Source of the DNA: a virus | Lineage: Duplodnaviria > Caudoviricetes | Length of the DNA stretch: 64,000 nucleotides | Direction: 5' to 3' (one strand) | Virus record (IMG/VR): IMGVR_UViG_2917802685_000001 | Span: 64,001 to 128,000 of that record | Shown here: positions 46,758-55,200 of the stretch, one piece after another | Layout: every line of letters starts with the position of its first letter | How positions within the stretch are numbered: position 1 is the first letter of the stretch | The notes under the pieces: model-generated | The model's input: the letters and a program-made list of their open reading frames with translations, nothing else | What the model was told of the DNA's origin: nothing | Database searches by the model: none | Position numbers and translations under genes: made by a program

Positions 46758-47375
46758 ATGAAGTCTCTGCTGCTGCAGCTGGCCGCCTCGCACCCGGACG
46801 TCGTCGCGGCCGAGAAGGCGGAGAAGGAAGCCCGCTTCAACTCCCCCGAGGCGCGCCGGGTGCGCTCCGAGCGTTCCACGAAGGCCGCCGCTACCGTGCG
46901 CGCCCGTCGGAAGGCCCGGGAGGCCCTGGAGGCTGACATGGAAGCACGCGAGCCCACCGGCCCGACCTGCGGCGCCTTCGGGATCATCCTGCAGGCCCAG
47001 GAGACTGAGTGCGATCGGCCGCCGCACAAGCACGGCGACCACCAGAATTGGGCGGGCGACCGCTGGCCCAGCTACGAGGGGGAGTACGACGAGATGCTGA
47101 CCGTGACCACTGACAACCTGCGCGAACTGCTGAACGGCCCGAGCGATAACCCGGTTCTGTACGTGGCCCGCGACGAGGACACGGGCGAGCCCGTCCGGCT
47201 GGAAGTGTGGGACGAGGCCCTCGTGCCGCACGGCGATATCGTGACGCGCAAGCACGAGCTGGTCGACGCACTGGGCGGCCCCGACCACCCGGACGGGGTG
47301 ACCCAGGACGCCCTGGAGCACCTGCTGGAGGGCTACCAGGCCGAGGTCGACACCATGGAGGAGGCCAGCAGCTGA
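46758..47375 (+). CDS. hypothetical protein
   Basis: ATG after upstream stop; GC3 bias. Confidence 0.65.
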   Translation: MKSLLLQLAASHPDVVAAEKAEKEARFNSPEARRVRSERSTKAAATVRARRKAREALEADMEAREPTGPTCGAFGIILQAQETECDRPPHKHGDHQNWAGDRWPSYEGEYDEMLTVTTDNLRELLNGPSDNPVLYVARDEDTGEPVRLEVWDEALVPHGDIVTRKHELVDALGGPDHPDGVTQDALEHLLEGYQAEVDTMEEASS

Positions 47376-47377
47376 TC

Positions 47378-47554
47378 ATGAAGAAGGCAGCCGTGGTCTT
47401 CGTTCTGTACACCCTGGGTGGGGGGCTCGCCGCGTCGGTCGTGGCCCTCGTCGATCCGTCCATGGGTAGCCTGCCCGTCGCCGTCTTCCTGGGAGTGCCG
47501 TTCGGGGTGGCAGGAGGGCTTCACTCGTCCCACATCTACCTGAAGACGTGGTAG
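47378..47554 (+). CDS. small membrane protein
   Basis: Two hydrophobic segments. Confidence 0.5.
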   Translation: MKKAAVVFVLYTLGGGLAASVVALVDPSMGSLPVAVFLGVPFGVAGGLHSSHIYLKTW

Positions 47555-47619
47555 TTGATGCAGCAGCAGGTGGGCCCGTCCCTTTCGCCGGGGGCGGGCC
47601 TTCGGGTTTCCCGAACCGG

Positions 47620-47648
47620 TAGACACGCAACTATTGATGCCTTAGAGT
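47620..47648 (+). promoter_or_regulatory. Palindrome promoter copy 17 (17-bp spacer)
   Basis: TAGACA-c-GCAAC-tatt-GATGC-ct-TAGAGT. Confidence 0.85.
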
Positions 47649-47678
47649 GGGGCCACCGCCTAGGAACAAGGGGAACCG

Positions 47679-48179
47679 ATGAGCCTGCTGTACAACGCCC
47701 TCGTGGACGAGGCGCGCCGGATGCCGTACATGGAGCTGGAGCTGGAGCCGGTGTCTACCGTCGGCCTCGACGAGCGGCTGCCGACCGGTGACCGGAAGGT
47801 CCGGGCAGACCTCCGGTTGATGATCAAGGCCATGGCGGACTCTGTCCTGGCCCTGCCCCACGCTCACGAGTACCAGTACCAGCTGGAGCGGGTTCCCTGG
47901 CCGAACAGCCGGGAGCGGGCGGCCCGCGCCGCGAACCGCTTCCACGACATCTCCCTGCAGGTACTGAGGGACATGGGCGCTGCCGCAGGCGAAGAGGGCG
48001 CCAGCATGTGGACCTGCGCGGCTCGGGTCGCGGAGATCCTCATGGAGGACTACGGCAACAACCCGCACTGGAGCGAGGACTACCGCGAGGTCGCCAGCCA
48101 GTTCTTCTGCGCGATGCGCCCCGGCTACCTCGACGAGAAGGTCTTCAGTGAACTGCTGGCCGCCATGAAGGAGAGCTGA
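47679..48179 (+). CDS. hypothetical protein
   Basis: AAGGGG RBS. Confidence 0.7.
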   Translation: MSLLYNALVDEARRMPYMELELEPVSTVGLDERLPTGDRKVRADLRLMIKAMADSVLALPHAHEYQYQLERVPWPNSRERAARAANRFHDISLQVLRDMGAAAGEEGASMWTCAARVAEILMEDYGNNPHWSEDYREVASQFFCAMRPGYLDEKVFSELLAAMKES

Positions 48180-48757
48180 TGTTCCTGGTGCCCATCCCCG
48201 AGGGCTGGGACCCGGCCCCGCACGGCTGGCGCCCGGCCGAGACGAAGATCGAGCCGCTCGACGCGCAGGACGCCACGGTGTACCTGCTGCGCTTCGCGCC
48301 GCCGCTGCGGTTCCCGGCCTCGCTGGCCATCTTCCGCAACCCGGCGAGCGGCCAGCGCGTGGCCTGGTATGGGCCGCTGGCCACTGAGAACGCGGAGCAG
48401 ATCGTCCAGGGCCCGGCGCTCGCGACGATCGGCATCTCGCCGGAGGACTGGGGGCCGGAGGACCGGCAGCCGGAGGTGAGCCGCCATGGCTGCGCCGAGT
48501 TCGACGAGCTGCTGGAGGGCAGCAGCCTGGGCTCGCCGCGCGCGAAGGCGCTGCGGGAGGGCTTCAGTGCCTACCGCCCGCCCGCGCCGGACGACGACGT
48601 GGCGGAGGAGCGGTGCCCGGAGTGCGAGAGCACCGACTACGGGCCGGTCGACATCGCGTGGCCGTTCGGTCCGCCGGAGCACAACCCGAACCCGCAGGTC
48701 AGCTACGTCGTCGGCGTGTGCATGAACTGCGGGTACACCACCGACAGTAATGAGTAA
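48179..48757 (+). CDS. hypothetical protein with C-terminal Zn ribbon
   Basis: CPEC...CMNC; TGATG coupling. Confidence 0.65.
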   Translation: MFLVPIPEGWDPAPHGWRPAETKIEPLDAQDATVYLLRFAPPLRFPASLAIFRNPASGQRVAWYGPLATENAEQIVQGPALATIGISPEDWGPEDRQPEVSRHGCAEFDELLEGSSLGSPRAKALREGFSAYRPPAPDDDVAEERCPECESTDYGPVDIAWPFGPPEHNPNPQVSYVVGVCMNCGYTTDSNE

Positions 48758-48885
48758 GCAAAAAAACGGATTTCCGTCGATCCATTGAAGCTGTTTTGGC
48801 AAGATCGGTGACGGCCGCCACATCCTGACCTCCATCAGGCGCGGCCGTCTCTCGTTTACCTCTTGACCCGCCACAGGAGGGCTTC

Positions 48886-49164
48886 ATGCCGCAGATGACC
48901 GCTACCGTCGAGCCGCTTGTACGCCTCGGCGGCACGATCCGCCTGACCGCCCGGCGCAGCGATGGCTGCACCATCGAGATGGAGCTGACCCGTGGCAGCT
49001 CGCGCGGGCACGTCACCCACGCCGTGACCAGCGAGGACGGCCGTCTGGTGTCCGTCGTGGCGCGGTCGTGGCCGCTGACCGGCGACGAGCCGAAGCTGGC
49101 CGCCGACGTCGCGGACGCAATCCAGATCGCCGAGAAGCGCTTCGCCGAGGGCGTCGCGCGCTAG
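48886..49164 (+). CDS. hypothetical protein
   Basis: AGGAGG RBS. Confidence 0.65.
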   Translation: MPQMTATVEPLVRLGGTIRLTARRSDGCTIEMELTRGSSRGHVTHAVTSEDGRLVSVVARSWPLTGDEPKLAADVADAIQIAEKRFAEGVAR

Positions 49165-49219
49165 CCTCGAACTGCCCCGCCAGGCACCTATTCGTTCCGA
49201 CTCACCGCCAGGAGTCCCC

Positions 49220-49594
49220 ATGGCCGCCAAGACCATCACCAGCAAACTGACCGCCGCTCAGCGCCAGGCCCTGCTCCACGCCGACCCCGCCACCGGCCAG
49301 ATCAACGCCTCCGGCTGCAACTTCCGCGAGGAGCTGCGGCGCAAGCGCTACGCCGAGTCCTCGCACGGGACCTTGTACCTGACCGAGTACGGCTGGCGAC
49401 TGCACGCCCTCCTGAAGGAGGAGCACAAGGAGTTCGCCGTCGCGGGCGTGCCCTGGACGAAGATGCAGGAGATCACCGACCTGTACCTGCTGAACGGCCT
49501 GAGCGTCGAGGAGATCTCGCGCCGCACCCGTGTGACCGGCGGTGGGGTCATGGCCGTGCTCGCCTTCCGCCAGGTGCTGCCCGACGCCGCCTGA
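49220..49594 (+). CDS. winged-helix-like module + C-terminal HTH
   Basis: KLTAAQRQAL...LYLTEYG; LYLLNGLSVEEISRRTRV. Confidence 0.65.
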   Translation: MAAKTITSKLTAAQRQALLHADPATGQINASGCNFREELRRKRYAESSHGTLYLTEYGWRLHALLKEEHKEFAVAGVPWTKMQEITDLYLLNGLSVEEISRRTRVTGGGVMAVLAFRQVLPDAA

Positions 49595-49616
49595 ACGGCC
49601 TTCGTTCCACCCCATG

Positions 49617-49638
49617 GCATCCATTGATGCGTTAGAGT
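49617..49638 (+). promoter_or_regulatory. Palindrome promoter copy 18 (no clear -35)
   Basis: GCATC-catt-GATGC-gt-TAGAGT. Confidence 0.7.
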
Positions 49639-49674
49639 GGGTCGATTGTCTACACCACCCCCTGGAGCCCTGCC

Positions 49675-50277
49675 ATGCGCTTGTCCGAGCTGAAACCGCG
49701 AGAGCTGTACGCCACCAAGGCGGCCTCCCGAACGGCCGCCCGTCGCTCCACCGGCCCGGCGCTCCTGCTGGACACGCGCCTGTGGGAACTCAACCCCGGC
49801 CCGGCAGGGACCTCCTTCTTCCTGGCTCCCGCCGACGCCCAGTCCAGGTCGGGGGTCCAGGACAGCAGCACCGGCGCACGGCGGGGCATGCTCGTCATCC
49901 AGGCGAGCCCCGCCGCCGCCTTCACCAAGGGCTTCGACGAGCAGGCGGTGGCCGAGGAGCTGGCCGTCATCGGCCAGCAGAAGGACATCGAGAAGCTCGC
50001 CCGTCTCGTGCGGCGTGACGCCATCGACCGCGTCCTCGGCGACCTGCGCGAGAACCTGCCCGCGTCACTCATCCTCAACGTGACGCCGCTGCAGGCACTC
50101 GTCGACCCGTGGCAGGCCGCCAAGAAGTACCGGTGCACCGAGGCTGCCTGCAGCGCGGAAGTCAGCCTCGACGCCGCCGACCGTGTGCGCCCCCACGAGA
50201 ACGACCAGGGCGATCGGTGCGCGGCCAGCCTCACGCACATGTCCGCCAAGGTGCGAGAGACCAACCTGATCCCATAG
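49675..50277 (+). CDS. hypothetical protein
   Basis: GGAG RBS. Confidence 0.7.
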   Translation: MRLSELKPRELYATKAASRTAARRSTGPALLLDTRLWELNPGPAGTSFFLAPADAQSRSGVQDSSTGARRGMLVIQASPAAAFTKGFDEQAVAEELAVIGQQKDIEKLARLVRRDAIDRVLGDLRENLPASLILNVTPLQALVDPWQAAKKYRCTEAACSAEVSLDAADRVRPHENDQGDRCAASLTHMSAKVRETNLIP

Positions 50278-50303
50278 ACAGGCAACAGTTGATGCAATAG
50301 AGT
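50275..50303 (+). promoter_or_regulatory. Palindrome promoter copy 19 (17-bp spacer)
   Basis: TAGACA-g-GCAAC-agtt-GATGC-aa-TAGAGT. Confidence 0.85.
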
Positions 50304-50336
50304 GGGGCCACCGCCAAGGGAACGAAGGAGAGCACC

Positions 50337-51221
50337 TTGCCCACCGACCGCACCACCATCCACGCCCGCGTCACGGAACTCGTCGACATGCTCCTCGACG
50401 CCGCCACGCAGACCTCGCCCGCTGCCGAGCAGTCCACCGACACCGCCCCGAACATGGAGGAGAGCGCCGAGGCCGCCAAGCGCTTCTTCGCCCCCCGCAC
50501 CGGCACCGAGAACGTCGACTACGACGCCATGACCGACGAGGAGCTGCTGAAGAGCGATGTCGGCACCCGCGTGCGCGAGATCCTCTACCGCCAACTCCAC
50601 ACGCGGGGCAAGGAGGAGTACGACAAGTCCCAGCGCAGGAGCGCTGGCGCTGGCATCTACGGCGGCGTCACGCGGGCGGCAGACTGGGTCTACCCCGAAG
50701 ACACCTGGGACGGCTTCCGCGACGCCGAGACGTGGGATCCGCCCTACGAGCCCACTGACAAGGCCCGCGCCGAGCTGATGGAGCGCATCGCCGCCAATGA
50801 CTACAAGGTCGAGCGCTTCCAGGTCGAGAAGTGGGCCAACGACATCGCCGAGGCGAACGGATGGGGCGAGGACGAGGAGGCAGCCCAGCAGGACGAAGCC
50901 GCCGAGCCGCAGGAGTGGGGCATCGTCCAGCTCTCCCGCAGGACCCAGTCGCCGCTGCGGCGGGCGACGGTCCACAAGGCACCCTGTGCCGCGCTGGCGA
51001 AGGCAGTGAAGGCCGGGACGACCAGGGAGCGCACCCTGGGCGAGCTGTGGAACGTCGTCATCGCGGGCTTCTACGCGGACGGGCCGGAGCCGGGCACCGA
51101 CCTCACGACGGTCTACACCCTGTGCGTGCAGTGCCGCGCGGACCAGGCGCTGCAGCAGGCCAAGGGTGACGACCTCAAAGCCTGGAAGAACGGCGCGCGG
51201 CTGCGGGCGGCCGGGCGATGA
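50337..51221 (+). CDS. hypothetical protein
   Basis: AAGGAG RBS, TTG start; VH...C...CVQC. Confidence 0.7.
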   Translation: MPTDRTTIHARVTELVDMLLDAATQTSPAAEQSTDTAPNMEESAEAAKRFFAPRTGTENVDYDAMTDEELLKSDVGTRVREILYRQLHTRGKEEYDKSQRRSAGAGIYGGVTRAADWVYPEDTWDGFRDAETWDPPYEPTDKARAELMERIAANDYKVERFQVEKWANDIAEANGWGEDEEAAQQDEAAEPQEWGIVQLSRRTQSPLRRATVHKAPCAALAKAVKAGTTRERTLGELWNVVIAGFYADGPEPGTDLTTVYTLCVQCRADQALQQAKGDDLKAWKNGARLRAAGR

Positions 51222-51631
51222 GTGCGCCCATAGCCTTCCTGGTCACTTACGCCAACGGGCACACCGTCATCCAGGGCGGCGAGGACGTCCTGGAACAGAC
51301 CGAGTTCAGCGTCTCGCGCGGCTTCGCAACCCGCCGGGACCTGGACGGCGGCGCCTTCGAGCTGACCAGCACCGAGGACGGCCGCACCCGCCGGTACGAG
51401 CCGGTCACCAAAGAACAGCCGGACGCCACCCGGTTCTACGAGAAGCTCTCCGACGACGGCCTGGACTGGGAGAGCACGGGGATAGTCCCCTCCAGCCAGG
51501 CCGGACGCCGGTGCGCCCGACAGGTCAACCAGGGCTTCGGCAACCTCTGGTACCTCGCCAGTGGCGCCATGGTCCTCATCGACAGCACCCGGCGCCGCCA
51601 GATCCTGCGCTACGAGCCGGTGGGGGCCTGA
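51218..51631 (+). CDS. hypothetical protein with internal duplication
   Basis: RYEPV occurs twice. Confidence 0.65.
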   Translation: MSAPIAFLVTYANGHTVIQGGEDVLEQTEFSVSRGFATRRDLDGGAFELTSTEDGRTRRYEPVTKEQPDATRFYEKLSDDGLDWESTGIVPSSQAGRRCARQVNQGFGNLWYLASGAMVLIDSTRRRQILRYEPVGA

Positions 51632-51632
51632 C

Positions 51633-51776
51633 ATGCCGGAGCAGACGATGTACTCCGTGATGCTGGCCTCGGAGCATAAGCAGGGCCTCCACGAGGACAC
51701 CCCGCACAAGATGTGCAGGGCCTGCCACCCCGCCGAAGCGGCACTCCTCGACCAGCTCGACGACGACCAGTCCTGA
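51633..51776 (+). CDS. small protein
   Basis: EH..GLH...CRAC. Confidence 0.5.
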   Translation: MPEQTMYSVMLASEHKQGLHEDTPHKMCRACHPAEAALLDQLDDDQS

Positions 51777-51862
51777 CCGGCCAGGCAGCCCGCCAACTGC
51801 CCGGCCCCGTCACTTCTTTACAACTCCATCAGCAGTTCCTCGACCGCCAACGAAGGAACACC

Positions 51863-52342
51863 ATGACCGCCATCATGAACCGGCGCGCCCTCGCGACCGC
51901 CAGCGCCTACCTGCGCCTGAACCCCATCACCCGTCGCGCCGAGATCGTCCACGGCTCCCAGGTCGACTTCATCCTCACCGAGGTCTTCGAGGACGACGCC
52001 GTCCAGCAGCAGGCCGGAGGGGGCTTCATCACCATCGAACAGCCCGGGGACTTCGAGGACTCCGAGATCGAGGAGTCGGTCGTCACCCAGTACGTGCCGC
52101 TCGCCGAGAACCAGGACATGCGCCAGCTCGCCGAGTCGTACCGGCACTGGGCCGCGCCCACGGGCGGCAAGCCGATCCCGCAGACGCAGCCCATGAGCGG
52201 CAAGGGTCTGAGCGTGCTCGTACGGCGCGCGCCCGGCACCTTCTGCCTGACGCGGGCCGGTGAGGTCGCGCACCTGGTGCGGGGCCGAATCGTCGACCAG
52301 TTCAAGCCGCTGACGGCCGCCGACATGGCCCAGGCTGCGTAG
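51863..52342 (+). CDS. hypothetical protein
   Basis: GAAGGA RBS. Confidence 0.65.
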   Translation: MTAIMNRRALATASAYLRLNPITRRAEIVHGSQVDFILTEVFEDDAVQQQAGGGFITIEQPGDFEDSEIEESVVTQYVPLAENQDMRQLAESYRHWAAPTGGKPIPQTQPMSGKGLSVLVRRAPGTFCLTRAGEVAHLVRGRIVDQFKPLTAADMAQAA

Positions 52343-52541
52343 ACTGTGTCCTGGAGTCCCACCCCTTCTACTCAGGGGGTGGGGCTTCGTCATGTCCGCC
52401 TCTGGCCTGCAAAAGTCACTGAGTGTCAGTTTTCTGCATATGCCTGGCCGAGGTGTTATGTGCGTGTAGAGTGAAGGCCACGCGGACCCGCCAGTCTGCA
52501 AGATCAACTTTCTTCAATCTCCACCCGCCAGGAGATCATCC

Positions 52542-52814
52542 ATGCCTTCATCTGAGTGCGCTGTGCCCTCGAAGCCGCGCGTGTCTGTCGAGCTTCCCAA
52601 AGAAGCGGTCGACGACTACACCTTCACTCCGGATCTCGCGCGTGAGTGGCTGGGACTGACTCAGGATGAGCTGGACGACCTGGTGCGGAGGTCTCGGCTG
52701 AACCGCACTCGCGGACTCGTCGGCCCCCTGGAGCTGGTCAACGGTGGACAGAGCTTCACCATGCGCTCCGTGTTCGACTACCGCCGCAACCTGCTGGCAG
52801 CCATCACTCTCTGA
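52542..52814 (+). CDS. small HTH protein (excisionase/MerR-like DNA-binding fold possible)
   Basis: FTPDLAREWLGLTQDELDDLVRRSRL. Confidence 0.55.
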   Translation: MPSSECAVPSKPRVSVELPKEAVDDYTFTPDLAREWLGLTQDELDDLVRRSRLNRTRGLVGPLELVNGGQSFTMRSVFDYRRNLLAAITL

Positions 52815-52837
52815 ACCTTCAGGAAGGGCAACCCGCC

Positions 52838-53386
52838 ATGCCCGCAGCACATCCGCACCTGTTTGCCGTCCGCGACAACCTCGACCTGCGTGACAAGGAA
52901 GCCCACCGCCTGGTGGCCATGGCCGCGATCGACGACATCACCACGCGCTCCAGGCCGCAGTGGCAGTGGACGCACCGGCAGATGGCCGAACTGACCGGCG
53001 TACCGCAGCCGTTCGTGTCGCTGGTCGGCAACTACCTCGACTACCGGCGCAACCTGCGCAAGATCGGCACCGTGACGGGGATACGCCCCTACCGGTCCAC
53101 CTGCGCCCAGACGTTCCTGTACGGGGAGGACGACCACCCGCTGGACATCCTGAATCTGGGTACTAGCGGAGACCGTACGGAGCAGATGGCCAAGATGCTG
53201 ATGGAGGCCACCGCGCGCAAGGTCCGCGTCGATCCCGATGCCGTCCACAACATCGAACGGATGCTGGGCCGGTTCTGCGGCATGGCCTGGCAGACGGTCG
53301 TCGAGACGGTCCAGCGCCAGCAGACCGCCCGCAACAACGTCACCACTCTTCCCACCACCACCGCCATGGGGGTCAAAGCAGCATGA
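52838..53386 (+). CDS. HTH DNA-binding protein
   Basis: WTHRQMAELTGVPQPFVSLV. Confidence 0.6.
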   Translation: MPAAHPHLFAVRDNLDLRDKEAHRLVAMAAIDDITTRSRPQWQWTHRQMAELTGVPQPFVSLVGNYLDYRRNLRKIGTVTGIRPYRSTCAQTFLYGEDDHPLDILNLGTSGDRTEQMAKMLMEATARKVRVDPDAVHNIERMLGRFCGMAWQTVVETVQRQQTARNNVTTLPTTTAMGVKAA

Positions 53387-53970
53387 GCGACACCACCACC
53401 ACCGAGAGCACCGGTACGACGGTCACCCTCGTCTACTCGCCTTCGGGCAGCAACAGGGTCATCAAGAAGTTCTTCAAGGGGATGTCCGAGGACGACATCG
53501 TCGCCGTCTCCGCCGCCCTTGTCGGGCGCCGGGTCGACATGCCGGAGCTTCACGAATCCGACGTGAAGCAGCTGAAGGACTCGCACGAGAGGCAGATCCG
53601 CTGGTACACCGACCGGATGGCGGAGGCTCTGGCCGAGGGCATGGGCCGCTGGTTCCGGTGGGCGCCCAAGCGTGCCCGCAAGGTCACCCTCGACCTCCTC
53701 TCGGACTACCTGCGCGGCGCCACGGCCACCCTGATCAGTGAGCTGACCGCCGCCCACTCCGAGATCCACCGCACGCACGAGCAGGCCCGCGCGCTGCGTC
53801 TGCAGCCGCGCCCGGAGCCGGTCGCGGAGCCCCTCGTCCCCTGCCGCTGCTGCTCGGCCACCTTCGTGCGCGCCGACTTTCTGCCCGAGGGCTGGACGCC
53901 GGACCACGACGGGTACCCGCGCTGCCCGCAGCACCGGGTCATCGAGCTGACGAAGGACCAGGTGCGATGA
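53383..53970 (+). CDS. hypothetical protein
   Basis: ATGA overlap; CRCC...GW...CPQH. Confidence 0.65.
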   Translation: MSDTTTTESTGTTVTLVYSPSGSNRVIKKFFKGMSEDDIVAVSAALVGRRVDMPELHESDVKQLKDSHERQIRWYTDRMAEALAEGMGRWFRWAPKRARKVTLDLLSDYLRGATATLISELTAAHSEIHRTHEQARALRLQPRPEPVAEPLVPCRCCSATFVRADFLPEGWTPDHDGYPRCPQHRVIELTKDQVR

Positions 53971-54158
53971 GATTCGCGATCGGGGCGATCCTCGGCGCCA
54001 TCACCGCCGGGGTCGCCCACCACGCGGGCCAGAGCACGGAAATTGCCTGCCTGGTCGGCACCGGAGTGATCATCGCGGTGTGGTTCCGTCTGACCGACGC
54101 GCTGTGGGATCTGGGCTGCGTGATCCTGGCCTGGGCGCTCAGCGGGGGTCACGACTGA
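53967..54158 (+). CDS. small membrane protein
   Basis: Hydrophobic; ATGA overlap. Confidence 0.6.
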   Translation: MRFAIGAILGAITAGVAHHAGQSTEIACLVGTGVIIAVWFRLTDALWDLGCVILAWALSGGHD

Positions 54159-54313
54159 TGCGTACCCTCCTCGGCGCGGCTGCCGGTATAGCCACCGGCG
54201 GCGGCGCCTGGCTCGTCAAGGACTCCGGCGCGGGCGTCTTCGTCGGAACCCTCACGGCGATCACCATATGGTTCTGGGCCTGGGGCAACATCCCCGGAGG
54301 CCGCCGTGGCTAA
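54158..54313 (+). CDS. small membrane protein, paralog-like to upstream gene
   Basis: MRTLLGAAAGIAT...IWF vs MRFAIGAILGAIT...VWF. Confidence 0.55.
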   Translation: MRTLLGAAAGIATGGGAWLVKDSGAGVFVGTLTAITIWFWAWGNIPGGRRG

Positions 54314-54500
54314 GACCATCGACAAGGTGTGCTCGCGCTGCGGCGTCGTCCACTTCAGCGTGGAGGCCGAGGCCGACGGCGACCTGGTCCATTTTCAGCT
54401 CGTGGTGACGAAGTGGCCCTGCACGGAGTCGGTCGTCCGCGAGCGGCCCCGCCTGGCCGACATGCTGGCCACGGCGCTCGTGAGCGAAGCGGCAGCGTAG
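54306..54500 (+). CDS. small protein
   Basis: GGAGG RBS; CSRC. Confidence 0.55.
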   Translation: MAKTIDKVCSRCGVVHFSVEAEADGDLVHFQLVVTKWPCTESVVRERPRLADMLATALVSEAAA

Positions 54501-54503
54501 TAG

Positions 54504-54537
54504 CTGTCTCACCGCCGGTCGGCGCCCCCATGGGGTG
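54504..54537 (+). promoter_or_regulatory. candidate late/middle promoter motif
   Basis: CTGTC-N21-ATGGGGTG. Confidence 0.5.
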
Positions 54538-54555
54538 GAGAAAGGGGACCACCAC

Positions 54556-55107
54556 ATGCTCGCCGACTGGCAGATCAAGGACCGCATCATCTCGGGAGAT
54601 TTTGACATCTCCCCGTTCGACCCGGAGCGGGTGCAGCCTGCATCCGTGGACATGCTGCTCGACCAGTACGTGCGCACGCTGGACCGGCCTTTTCCTGAGG
54701 GGTCGGCGATCGACGTGGCGGACGTGCGACCCGGGCACACGACGCTCGCCGAGATCGACGAGGCCGGGTGGCTTCTGCAGCCCGGCGACTTCCTCCTCGG
54801 CAGCACCGTGGAGCGTGTGACCCTGCCGCCCGATCTGGCGGCGAGGGTCGAAGGGAAGAGTTCTCTGGGCCGGTTGGGCCTGACCGTCCACGTGACGGCG
54901 GGCTTCATCGACCCGGGGTTCAGCGGGCAGATCACGCTGGAGATCGCCAACCTGTCCGGCAAGCCGATCCGGCTCCGGCGGCTGATGCCGATCGCCCAGC
55001 TGTGCCTGATCCCCATGGCGGCCGTCCCCTCGCGGCCGTATGGGATCGCGGGCAACCACTACCAGAACCAGTTCGGGCCTACCGAATCTCGTTACGAAAT
55101 GCGCTGA
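54556..55107 (+). CDS. dcd: dCTP deaminase
   Basis: QPASVD, EGKSSLGRLGLTVHVTAGFIDPGFSGQITLE, YQNQ.GPTES. Confidence 0.95.
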   Translation: MLADWQIKDRIISGDFDISPFDPERVQPASVDMLLDQYVRTLDRPFPEGSAIDVADVRPGHTTLAEIDEAGWLLQPGDFLLGSTVERVTLPPDLAARVEGKSSLGRLGLTVHVTAGFIDPGFSGQITLEIANLSGKPIRLRRLMPIAQLCLIPMAAVPSRPYGIAGNHYQNQFGPTESRYEMR

Positions 55108-55200
55108 TCTTTGCGTTTCGTCGCCGGTTTTCTCCGGTCTGGCAGTGGTTGTCAGTGGCCGCCACCACAATGCAAACACCGCCAGCGTAAGGAGAACACC

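Noticed and set aside
822-50303. Palindromic repeat as a CRISPR array or integron attC sites
   Set aside because: Copies are degenerate, 0.6-9 kb apart and embedded between -35 and -10 boxes; no cas genes; the dyad is too short for attC
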